A DNA stretch of 64,000 nucleotides, from positions 44,764,001 through 44,828,000 of the forward strand of contig OX597837.1 of the NCBI GenBank assembly GCA_951406725.2, given 5' to 3'. A program made the translations under genes and the position numbers. This document shows, in pieces, positions 13,088 to 25,996 of this stretch. The notes under the pieces were generated by a model, which ran no database searches, was not told where the DNA came from, and worked only from the letters and a program-made list of their open reading frames with translations. The stretch comes from Octopus vulgaris. Its lineage: Eukaryota. Every line of letters starts with the position of its first letter. Positions within the stretch are counted from its first letter, which is position 1.

Positions 13088-13639
13088 ATATATTTACGTA
13101 CCTTACAGTTAGAGAAAAGAAATTATTAAAATTAGTCATTACGCATTTTTCCCACTTCAGATATTTTTTGAGAAAATTTAATATTATCAAATTAGATATT
13201 AGTGGAAAAAAAAAATTAACTTGGAATCCAACAAAGAAAAGAACTTTTATTGTTAAACATCAAAAATTATCCAGATATTTTACCAGCGACAACTTTTACG
13301 ATTGCGTCAAAGACGAGGAAAAATTTCTTGGAAAAAATACCTGTCAAATGACTGTGTTTCAAAATGTCTCAACCTCAACAACAACAACAACAACTATGCT
13401 GATCAATTTTAATTCTCAAAGATGATGCAATCTGCACGAAATAAATGATGATGGCACAACGCTTGCAATGTAGTCGTCTGAAGCAAGTAAAACGAAAAAT
13501 GAAGTCAGAAATTACTTATTCTGCGCCATGCATATCTTATATATTGTTTCTATGATGTTTATATTAAGTAAGCGATCTATAAATATTAATTAACTGTTAA
13601 TTGTTATCACCCATGATAAAAAAAAACTGACTATAAGTA

Positions 13640-14040
13640 GGCGCAGGAGTGGCTGTGTGGTAAGTAGCTTGTTTACCAACCACATGGTTCCGGGTTCAGT
13701 CCCACTGCATGGCACCTTGGGCAAGTGTCTTCTACTATAGCCTCGGGCCGACCAAAGCCTTGTGAGTGGATTTGGCAGACGGAAACTGAAAGAAGCCCGT
13801 TGTATATATGTATATATATATGTGTGTGCGTGTATGTTTGTGTGTCTGTGTTTGTCCCCCTAGCATTGCTTGACAACCGATGCTCGTGTGTTTATGTCCC
13901 CGTCACTTAGCGGTTCGGCAAAAGAGACCGATAGAATAAGTACTGGGCTTACAAAGAATAAGTCCTGGGGTCGAGTTGCTCGATTAAAGGCGGTGCACCA
14001 GCATGGCCGCAGTCAAAATGCCTGAAACAAGTAAAAAGAG
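13640..14040 (+). mobile_element. tRNA-derived SINE family A, full-length copy
   Basis: A box TGGCTGTGTGG and B box GGTTCAGTCCC, internal (TA/TG)n. Other copies at about 490-800(-), 2115-2300, 11150-11310, 17845-18280(-), 19530-19663(-), 23249-23630, 41905-42250(-), 46300-46688(-), 49270-49600(-), 60185-60848(-). Confidence 0.9.
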
Positions 14041-14596
14041 AAAAAGAGAAAGAGAAAGAGATAAAAGAAAAAGAATGCTTTAAGTTTGGATTTAGTATAT
14101 ATTACTTGTACACGTGACATAGCAAGGCGGCAGCTGGCCAAATCGTTACGGCGCCGGGCAAAATATTTAGCGGCATTTTGTCCATCTCTGTACTCTATCC
14201 ATTCTGAGGTCGACTCTGCTTTCATTATTTTATGTGGTCGATAAAACAAGTACCAGCTGAGCACTGGAGTTGATGCAATTAACTTATACACCCCTCTATA
14301 AATTGTTGGCTTTGTACCAAAATGTGAAACCACTATTACACATTAAAGGGAGTAAACCACGGTTTGTGAAGTATTGTGAATTGTTCTCTGATGTATCGCT
14401 ATTAATAGCAATAAATTTGGAGAAAGGCCAGCAATTGCAGGGACGGAGTTAAGTCAATTCCATCCAATTCTGTGCTCAACTGGTACTTGTTTTGCCGAAC
14501 CCCAAAAAGGATGAAATGCAAAAATCGATCTTGGCGGAATTTGAACTCAAAACGCAAAGTCGTACGTAATGCCGATGAGCATTTTGCCCGGCGTGA

Positions 14597-14696
14597 NNNN
14601 NNNNNNNNNNNNNNNNNNNNNNNNNNNNNNNNNNNNNNNNNNNNNNNNNNNNNNNNNNNNNNNNNNNNNNNNNNNNNNNNNNNNNNNNNNNNNNNN
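14597..14696. other. Assembly gap (100 N)
   Basis: Run of exactly 100 N; true length unknown. Confidence 0.99.
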
Positions 14697-15200
14697 GATA
14701 GATATGGATATATATACATATATATTCTTACATGCGTACATATATATTCATAACACACATGCATACATAAATAACTATGTACATATGTTGACACACACAC
14801 ACACATTTATATATACATACATATATAAGGTTAATCCAAACAAGAAAGCACAAAAAAACACAACAACGCGAGGACGTGGAACAAATATAGTATTATTGGA
14901 CGCTCAGGAAAGAAAGAGGGTTTAACGTTTCGAGCGGAGCTCTTCGTCGGAAAAATAAGAGAAGGAAAGATCCAGAGAAGGGAAGGCAGAGGAGAAAAAT
15001 CGCCAACGGGGCACACGGGGTCATATAAGCTAGTATGATATATACCAACGTACAAGTGTCGGGGCTGGAATCATTTTGTTACTTCTGTTAAGTATTTATA
15101 AAAATACAAATATACTCATGTTTTGACTTGTATTCATCCTGTTTGCCTTACTATCCATCCATCCATCCATCCGTCCATCCATACTTACATACATGCCCAC

Positions 15201-15415
<215 letters not shown>

Positions 15416-15416
15416 C

Positions 15417-15519
<103 letters not shown>

Positions 15520-15520
15520 C

Positions 15521-15583
<63 letters not shown>

Positions 15584-15600
15584 CATCCATCTATCTATCT

Positions 15601-15918
15601 ATAAAATGTGACATCATTGACCGAGGTTACCGTGGTCTTTTCCGTAGGCTTTTCTTTGCACGGGTAAACCTCACCTGTCCTCCCCTTTACACTTCATATT
15701 GACATTTCTGTGATAACGATCCCTATTGATCAATTCCCCCCCTTTTTTTAAACCCCCCTTTTTTTGTCCTCTTTCTCTCCTTTTACGATCCCTTTTGATC
15801 GAAACTCCCCCTTCCTTTTTTTTTTTTTTTTTTTTTCTTTCTTAAACCTTCAAAAGAAAAGCTCTACCTTGTAATTTGTTCTATCTGTGTGCAGCCCTGT
15901 GTGGCTAATAAAGAAACA
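15601..15918 (+). mobile_element. 3' UTR of a non-LTR retroelement inside (TATC)n, copy 1
   Basis: Nearly identical to 50993-51317; T-rich 3' UTR with AATAAA just before the (TATC)n; (TATC)n on both sides. Confidence 0.75.
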
Positions 15919-15988
<70 letters not shown>

Positions 15989-16182
15989 GCTAGCTAGCTA
16001 TATGCATTCTATAATTAATAAACATAATTATAATTAGGGGTGAGCTAATTGCTTCGCCACATGCCAAATTTAGAAGTAGGAGTTAAAAGTTCCTTTTCTA
16101 CTACCGTAAGAATCTCCCAGACAGTAACACTCTTCTTTACGTAGGCAAAGAGAAAAAGAATGAATCAACACGACTTCGATTA

Positions 16183-16243
16183 GCCACGGACGCGTTTCGA
16201 GATTAAAGTATTTAATTTACTTATTTCCCGTCATCAGTGTAAC
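16183..16243 (-). ncRNA. Minimal type I hammerhead motif (Penelope pLTR type)
   Basis: Minus strand GTTACA-CTGATGA-C-GGGA...TCTC-GAAA-CGCG-TC-CGTGGC. Palindromic ACGCGT stem III; stem I has a mismatch next to the core. Confidence 0.7.
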
Positions 16244-17965
16244 ATTTCCATTATAAAATTTGAAAAGGCTAGGGTTTAAATATGCACACGATCGAGCGAC
16301 ATCGTGCAACAGATATCCAACCAATCACTTCCGAAATTTACACACCCGAATGTGAATACATATTTATCCCCTGTACCTATGTGTATGCTACGAGCAGTGC
16401 CGCAGAAAACTGCAGTATTCGACTAGGGAGTAAATTATAATTTAAAATTAATAATAAAAGGGTAAACTTAATTAATTAAATTAAAAATCAATTAATTAAT
16501 CAATTAATTAATAATTTTACTAAGTAGATCGGTATGTTAAAATAACCTTTATAGGTAAAGTTATACAAATATATGGTGAAGCAATTAGCTGACCCCTAAT
16601 TATAATTATGTTTATAATTATAGAATATTTGTATAATTTTACCTATAAACTTAGAAAAAACTTAGATAAACTTAGATATGTTTCGACCAAAGATTGGTCC
16701 AGGCCATGTCTAGGTTATTTAAAGGTTATTTTAACGTACCGATCTTCTTGGTAAAATTATTAAGTAATTGATTGATTAATTAATTTTACCCTTTTATTAT
16801 TAATATGAGTTCTGAGTTCAAATTCCACCAGAGTCGACATTCTGGGTCGATAAAATAAGTATTCGTTGACCAGTGGGGTCGATGTATTCGATTTATCTCC
16901 TTCATTAAAATTGCTGGCCTGCGGCTAAAATTCGTAACCGATATTAATTATAAGTTTATAAGAGATATTACAATTGTGCCAGCAGTGTTATCCTAAAAGG
17001 CAGCCAAATGGAAATGTCTTTGGCACTGATAGGATTACAGCATCTCTAACTTATGGATAATGTGACTGAATTGATTTTGATTCGAGAAGATGCTGCGAAA
17101 GGTGTTAGTGTTCAATGATAAACAGAACCATCTCAAAAGCTACAATCTGTTGACGAAAACAAACTTAACTGAAAAACTAATTCCAACCATTTTGCTAAAT
17201 AACTATTATTAAACGATTAAATGGCTGACACAAGATTGTGTTGAGCGTGGAAGAACTAATTCTGCTATCTTAGGGATCCCTGAAGAATTAAAATTTCAGT
17301 CAAACTTGTCTTTTCCGTCTGAAATTATAGCTGCTATATGCGCTGATCCAAAATTTAGTAATTTATTTGACCTACCTTCAAAAATTCGAAGTTACTCATT
17401 GAAGCTTAGGAATTTCTGTGGGCGAAATATTCACACATTGTTCTACTTGATATCATACTTTTGAAAACCACCAATTCAATACAGAGGAAATTAATAAATC
17501 ATTTGTTGATTGGGGTAATTACAACTTTTAAGTTGCCAAAGCACTCACCAAGTTGTCACAGACAACAAAATGGATGACAAAAGAGATTTGGGTGATTAAC
17601 GATTTATGTATTATTAATGGTTATACACGGTGAGATGCATTTCCGATTCAAATCATTTGTGATTTCTTAATCAATTCGCGGGAATTAAGCGAAGGGAATT
17701 TACCGTATGGTAAAGAAGCACGCTTTGTCGTCACGTAGTTTCGTGTTCAATCCCTCTTTGCAGCATGTTGGGCATATGTCTTCTGCTATAACCACGCAGC
17801 CAACCAAATGCCGTGTCTAACCAATGGGAGTCTGTCTGAATGAATCGATCCCAGTACTTACTCTATCAGTCGCTTTTGCCGGACCTCTAATTTACGGAGA
17901 CGTAAACACACCAACACCGGTTGTCAAGCGTTGGTGGGGACGAACGCAGAGACAGACACACGCAG

Positions 17966-18011
<46 letters not shown>

Positions 18012-19462
18012 AAACACATATACACATATAACGGGAAGCTTTATGAAAATAAACAAAAGACGAAGGCAGGTGGAATACAAACAAACAATTGTATTAGTAT
18101 GGCGCTCAGGAATATATATGCATATATAGGACAGGCTTCTCTCAGTTTCCGTCTCCCAAATCCACGCACAAGTCTTTGATCGGCCAAACCCTATAGTAGA
18201 ATACACTAGCCCATGGTGCCACGCAGGAGGACTGAATCCAGAACCATGTTGTTGGGAAGCAAGCTTCTTATTACACAGTTACCAAAATAGATAAAATATT
18301 TTGTTGGAAACGAGCATTCTTGTCAGGAACTTAAATAATATCAACGTTCTCTGTAGCGTCTTTTTCTTTATTTTTTAAAAATTTCTATGCAGGTGAGTGT
18401 TCTGAAGCAATTAAGAAACTAGAAGCTAGAGCTAAGAGCACCTCGTTATCTCAACAATTGGTTCGTTACGTATTCTTGAAACAGATAATATCTATATCAG
18501 CAGTGTGTTATGGCTTAATGCAATATCGTCAACCAATTTGATTCTATTCACACAGAGTGGAGGCTGTTATATAAAAGAAATATAGAATTAAGTGTTCTGC
18601 AAGAGCCAAATTAGTTGTAAGAGCTAAAATGCAAGGATACGTATTAGCTTAAAATTCAAGCATGTTAATTACTTCCTAATATAAGAGTCGATATAAATCT
18701 CCTATCAAAAATTTTTGAAGTAGACAGACTATTCATAAGACTGCAACGTTCCTTATTATCTATCATCAAACGGATAAATTGAACGTTGCAGAATGGTGTG
18801 ATGTACAGAAGTAGTGCTAAATGTAATGCAAATGAGAGTCGAGATGATAAAACAGTGAAACGTATAACCTCCATATATTTTAATGACAGTTGAGACCATT
18901 GCTTTGTAGAGCTTTGAACAAACAATCAGTTGATACCGCCATTTAACGATGAAAAACACAACCGGCTCATTTTATTGTTAATTCTGTGAATTAGATACAC
19001 AAATCACTTGCTGACAGGGTTTCCGAGCGCAAAGAATTGGAATAGATACTGCAAAGTATCTCGTCCATCACTCTAACATCTCTACCACTACAACAGATTG
19101 CCACTACAATAGATTGGCACAAGTTTTTGAATCTGGAAAGGAGAAAATTTAAAGGTGATCTCGACGAGATTTGAACTGCTTACCTCCCTTGTATGCAATT
19201 TTTTCACTCAAGTACTATTATAAGCAACACCGTTTGGAAGTCGGTGATGATTCAAAGTCAGTGGATAGCGATGACGAAACCGGTGTGACTTTATATATTG
19301 ACTCATAATAATGATTTTTATTCTTCTTAATTCCATCTGAAATTATTAAATTTATATACAAAAATAGCCATTACTTTTATACCTAGTGTGCATTTTCTTT
19401 GTTTCTTTTTACCTTCCCTCATACACACACACACATACACACATACACACACACACATACAA

Positions 19463-19497
<35 letters not shown>

Positions 19498-20259
19498 CAT
19501 ATACATACACACATATATGTATGTATATATACGACGGGCTTCTTCCAGTTTAGTCGGCCCGAGGCCACATTAGAAGACACTTGCCCAAAATGCCACGCAG
19601 TGGGACTGAACTCGGAACCATGTGGTTTGGAAGCGAGCTTCTTACCGCAGCCACACCTGCGCCTATAATGATCAAATGCTTGTGCTCAGTCAAATCGATA
19701 TTAGCTGTTATAGGAGCATGGTGTGCCATACGTCGGATGTCAAGTCGAAGCGATCTCGGATTTAACGGAAAACGAAGTTTTATGATCAAGAACACAACGC
19801 ACCTCCCAACCCGGGAACGAAACCCACCAATGAAGCACCAAGCTACACACCTTCACACTACTTTAGTTCAATATCAACAGATTATCTCCGAATCCACCTC
19901 AAACCAGAAAAATACCTGCTTATTTCAATGATGATTCGTCCTAATGATGAGCAATAAATATCTTGTTTTCTTCATATTTTCTGTTCATTCTTAGGATTTT
20001 GTCTTCCGAACGAATTACTAACTTAAGCGTTTCTCATAAATTCTCTTCCTTTTGTTTTGGGCTGAATATAGTCATTGAATACTGTGTAATTATCTTAGAT
20101 TGTTATGTGAAGTACTAACAATGGAATAATGAAATCACGTGAAATATTCAGAAGATTTTCGTGCTCATATCTGCCGGCTTCGAGCCGAGCAGATCGAAGT
20201 TTATTATAAAGTGTGAATGAAATGACTTCTTTTTTGTGACAAATTATTTTACACACACA

Positions 20260-20402
<143 letters not shown>

Positions 20403-20417
20403 ACACACCCACACACC

Positions 20418-20512
<95 letters not shown>

Positions 20513-21099
20513 ACACACAAATATATATATATATATACACACATACGCACGGACACAAAAAGACTGCAACCATGCTGGTACATCGTTTTCATGCAGTGCT
20601 ATATACACACATATACAAACACATATATGTATATGTGAATGTGTGTGCGTGTGTTCGTATGCATTTATATATCTTTGTTAAAATTCTTCTTGAAAGGGAG
20701 CGGGTTTCTAACAGAATCCCATCACTAGAATTTTGATAGAAAAACGACAATTATTTTATATCAAACTTCATTGAAAGTTTGCTTATTTCGACTTTTTCCA
20801 TAAGAGTTTTTCTTTTGTAAAGTACCTGAGTGTGTTTTTTTCTTTTTCCCCTGAAAAGCTTAGATTTTCCATGTCATCCAATGATTATTGGTGCAAATGA
20901 ATTTATAATGCGTGTAGAGGCTTCACGTGTTCCGATGCAGTTAACTTGTCCGTAAATATTCCCCCCTCTCACTCATTTTAGATGTTCGGATCTCTGGGTC
21001 TACAAACCACAGTCTACTCATGGGTTTTGGTTTTTGTTCCAAATACAAGTTACATTCAAGAAGTTTTTAGATATTTTTAGGAGAGACATTTATTAATTT

Positions 21100-21600
21100 C
21101 AAAGAAGTACAAAATTTTACCTCCTTCGAAGTTGGATTCTTTGACTTCACTGCGCTTGGTTTGGTTCACCAGGCCACTTCCTGAAGGCGCTGTGGAAGTC
21201 CTCCAAAGTGAAGGTGTGGAGGACCTTGTCACAACTCCTTCATCTTCTTCAAATTAGGGAACAGTCAAAATCACAGGGAGCAAGGTCTGGGCTGTAAAGA
21301 AAGGGTAAAGGACAGTTTTGATGCCCATTTCTGTCAAGAAGTTGCTTACCAGGATGGAACTGTGGACTGGTACATTGTCCTGGTGCGAGTGCACTAGCCC
21401 TTTGCGACGAAATCCTTTCACGGACTCCCTTAAAACATCCACAAAATAATCTTTGTTGATCGTCTGACCAGAGAGCTTCCTGCGGACGAAGATGATGTCC
21501 TTGCTGTCGAAAAAGGGGATTTTCATGAGCTTCTCAGTGGACATGCTTTGTCTGGCTTCTTGTGCCAGTAAAAAGTAGATGCTTTGTCCATGCACTTTAA
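21100..21600 (-). mobile_element. Mariner transposase relic
   Basis: GQTINKDYFVDVLRE...HQDNVPVHSSILVSNFLTEMGIKTV (HQDNAPxH catalytic-D motif), frameshifted. Confidence 0.8.
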
Positions 21601-22890
21601 TCTATAAACAGTCTGGGGGCATTTTATAAGTCTCTGAAGTGTTTTTGCCCAGTTTAACTCAAAACTTTATTGCATAACGAGCTTCCATATTATCTTCACG
21701 TCCCGGCTGAATACACCAAAGTAATGAGCTGTGACAAGCAGCGTTTAGTGGAGTGTGTCTAAAGTACGGTTTCAGCTATCTCCTTCAACACAGAATAAAC
21801 AAAGATTAGTCAGCTTATTAGATGTGTACTACCACTATATTAAAATTAATTAATCTGCGACAGTTATAACACTTTCTCCAACCCAAAAATCTTCTGGAAT
21901 ACAAATCGTAACTACATCAGGTCTGTTCCGTTTACAGTTGGTAGAAATCTTGATGAGAATGTCTCACCAACATTCCTTTTATTGGTATGTCTATATTCAA
22001 TGACAGAGCTGTTGTTTGTGTTTATGCCACAAAGAACAGAATTGCTTCTATTCTAGATTGTAATAATCCTTTGTAATAAAGGCACGAGACCCGAAATTTA
22101 AGAGGAATGGATTAATCGATTACATCCACCCTAGTGTTTCACTGGTCCTTAGTTTATCGAATCCGAAAGGACGAGAGGCAAAGTTGACCTCGGCGGAATT
22201 TGAACTCAGAACGTAGCGGCGGGCGAAATACCTATTTCTTTACTACCCACAAGGGGCTAAACATAGAGGGGATAAACAAGGACAGACAAACGGATTAAGT
22301 CGATTACATCGACCCCAGTGCGTTACTGGTACTTATTTAAACGACCCCGAAAGGTTGAAAGGTAAAGTCGACATTGGCGAAATTCGAACTCAGAACGTAG
22401 TGCCAGACGAAATACCTATTTCTTTACTACCCACAAGGGGCTAAACAAGGAGATTTTCTCAAGACGAATACCGCAAAGTGGTGACTTTCTACAGAATATC
22501 TACGTTAAGTAAGTTCTACTAAATGCTGTTCTGAACTAACACTGCCTGCGTCGCTAATATCAAATTCTATTGTTGTTATTCAAATTGTTTCTGTTTCAGA
22601 TGTTTGCTAAAATATGCTAGTCCATCAATAGCATGGTTGCATAGGAGGTCATCGGGAAGTGAGTACTTCACGATCGATCCATAGGATGCCAGGATGATAT
22701 CTTATTCTATTGATTACTCTGATTTTACATATAACTAAGATGTTATCTTAGTGACACACACGCGCATACACACACATGTATGTGTGTGTGTATACAAATA
22801 TGTATATATTATACATATGTGTATATATAATATATATATATATATATATAGTGACATGCATGTAAGCGCATACTTGTTAGTATGTATATT

Positions 22891-22928
<38 letters not shown>

Positions 22929-23198
22929 AATATATACAAATATATAAACATATTCTGTGTTTAGCAAACATAGCCTTAGCAAACATATTCTGTGTTTTGC
23001 TAGAAAGAAGCAAAACCGCGGTTCGAGTTGTAAAGTTATCGGTAAACGTTTTGATTTTCCTCTCGATAAATTCATCCCCTTTTTGTGTTCCCAGCACTCG
23101 CATATTTGCCTTATGTATAACTATGAATAATATTTTCTATATGAATATATATGTCTTATACTAATATACTGGTAGTAAATAATATTACTACCCTTCTT

Positions 23199-23251
<53 letters not shown>

Positions 23252-23642
23252 TGCAGGCGTAGCTATGTGGTAAGGAGCTTATTTCCCAACCACATGGTTC
23301 TTGGTTCAGTCCCGCTGCGTGGTACCTTTGGCAAGTGTCTTCTAAAGACTCGGCCCAACCAAACACTTGTGAGTGGATCTGGTAGGCGGAAACTGAAAGA
23401 AGCTTGTCGTATATCGTATATATGTATATGTTAGTGTGTCTGTGTTTGTCGTTCCACCTTCACTTAACAACTGATGTTGGTGTGTTTACGTCTGTAACTT
23501 AGCGGTTCGACAATAGAGAACGATAAGATAAGTAGTTGGCTTACAAAGAATAAGTCCTGGGGTGGATTTGTTCAACTAAAGGCGGTGCTCCAGCATAGCC
23601 GCAGTAAAATTACTGAAACAAGTAAAAGAATAGAAGAATATA

Positions 23643-24235
23643 TACAGGGTGCGTAAGATATTTGAGGAGAAATTTATGTTTATATATAAAAGAAACAGAT
23701 ATATAATAACAGATAACTTTATTGATAAAAAAATGCGATGCGGATAAAAATAAAACATTTTCTTTAATGTTATGCAATAAAACCACTTTCAGCTTCAACA
23801 ACTGCTTCTATATGAGATCTAAATCATCTACATGCTCGAATCAAGTGGTCCTGGTTCATTTTGGGCATTACTCTGACTATAGCAGCTTTCAAAGAATCTT
23901 TGGTGTTATGGGTATGTTCATTGACCTCTCTCTCAACAATGCTCCACATGTAACAATCCAATGGATTGAGATCTGGAGATTTTAGGAGGCCAAATGTTAA
24001 GGGTTATTGATCATGAAAATTTTCAGCCATCCATTCCTTTGTTACTAGAGCCATATGAAATAGGGCAGAGTCTTACTGAAACACATATGGCCTTCCATGG
24101 CATACACTCTCTCTATCCAGGGCTTAGCAATTATTTCCAGGACCTCAATGTAGGCGGCAGAGTTAACTCTAAGGACTTTTGGAAAGAAGTAAGGAGGCAT
24201 CATATAAGGAGATCTACACAAGTAAAGACATGTTG
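23643..24235 (-). mobile_element. Tc1/mariner-superfamily transposase relic (3' part)
   Basis: Minus strand WPP..SPDLNPLDCYMWSIVERE at about 23925-23995; terminus TA-CAGGGTG. Confidence 0.75.
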
Positions 24236-24299
24236 ATTTTAAAATGAGGGTTCCAGTTCTTCAGTTTTGGATTTAATGTGTACAGTACACTTTATTAAA

Positions 24300-24480
24300 G
24301 ACAGATCAACCCTGTCGCAGAAAATTGCTATCAGAAGAATCACAGAAAATGCCGAATCTCCAAATAAAAAAGCATGAATTGTATTTGAGGATTTCTCCAA
24401 GGCATTTAATAGTAGCAATGGCCTTGTAGTCTATCCTGTTAAGAAACGGTGTCCCAAAGAGTTGTTTATCAAAGCAAAAG
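24300..24480 (+). mobile_element. Non-LTR (LINE, RTE-like) reverse-transcriptase fragment
   Basis: DRSTLSQKIAIRRITENAESPNKKA*IVFEDFSKAFNS matches the RST..Q...RR..E / F.DFSKAFD RT motifs; contains an in-frame stop. Confidence 0.75.
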
Positions 24481-24731
24481 TCCATTTGTGCAAAGCACAG
24501 CCGATCCGGTTAAAGTGTTTTCAAGAGTATAGGATTTGAACTTACAGACACACGAACGCATAGATAACTTAAAAGACAGATGGAGAGATAAATAGATAGA
24601 TAGACAGACAGACAGATAAGCTATTGATTGAGATAGAGAGGAGAAACGAGAAATAGTGGGAATGGAGGTGAGAAGAATGATACGATCCGGATTGTAATAG
24701 AAACGGCTATGACACAACAGAAAAAGTACAT

Positions 24732-24788
<57 letters not shown>

Positions 24789-25959
24789 AACAAACACACA
24801 CACGACACAAAATAATGAAAATAAAAAAAACATACAACCAAAAAAAAAAATAAAAAATATCCGAAGCGAAACAACAAAAATCAACCGAAATGAAGAATAT
24901 AAAATGTACCGAAACGAATAAATTTTTACTGAATGATGATTTCTTTAGTGAAGGTAATGGATTTTAGAAGGATACGGATGGGGGTGGGGTACGCTCACGT
25001 TAGCTGCGACGAGTGCTAATGAGGATGATGGTGATGAGGGTGACGATGATGAGGCTGATGATGATGATAGCGATGCCTGAAAGTAATAAATAATGTTTGA
25101 ATTTAACGCTTTTTTTTTATCTGCCTGATATCAGCGGTAAATGAACCGTATCATATTTCAAGTGAATGACTTTCGAGAAATGTTGTAGGTGTGGAGGTAA
25201 GGTGTCGGGTTTAGATAATAATTAAATAGTGTAAATAAATAAATGAATCAATACAAGAAATCAATTTATTCTTTACGACTATTAGCGGCCATGTTCACCT
25301 CGGCCATGTCTTCTTCATGTTTCAGTATTGATTTTTAACTTTGGCACAACACCACATAATTGCAGAGGAGAGGGGTGAGAGTTGGTTCAAAATGGCTGCA
25401 GTACTTGACTGGTAGTTTTATATCTATCGACCCTTCTCCACCCAGAATAATAAAATGGAAAGTCGATGAACTTAGCACGATTTGAACTCAGGACGTAAAG
25501 GGTTGTAGATTTAGAAATATTAATAATATTGGAAGGTGGGAATTAAATGATTAAATCGACCTCAGTATTTTATTGGTACTTTGCAAGGCGGTGAGCAGGC
25601 GGAAACGTTAGCACGGCGGGTAAAATGCTTACAGGTATTTCGTCTGCCGTTACGTTGTGAGTTCAAATTCCGCCGAGGTTGACTTTGCCTTTCATCCTTT
25701 CGGGGTCGATAAATTAAGTACCAGTTACGCACTGGGGTCGATGTAATCGACTTAATACCTATGTCTGTCCTTGTTTGTCCCCTCTGTGTTTAGCCCCTTG
25801 TGGGTAATAAAGAAATAGGTATTTCGTCTGCCGCTTTGTTCTGAGTTCAAATTCCACCGAGGTCAACTTTGCTTTTCATCATTTCGGGGTCGATAAATTA
25901 AGTACCAGTTACACAAACGTTAGCACGCCGGGCAAAATGCTTACCGGTATTTCGTCAGC

Positions 25960-25996
<37 letters not shown>

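Noticed and set aside
12613-13425. Repeat array as a CRISPR array, or the 242-aa ORF as a gene
   Set aside because: Units are contiguous with no unique spacers, there are no cas genes and the context is eukaryotic. The ORFs are open only because the unit lacks stop codons.
17213-17464. 83-codon stop-free stretch (WLTQDCVERGRTNSAILGIPEELKF...)
   Set aside because: No start, no convincing splice boundaries and no motif I recognise; possibly old transposon debris.
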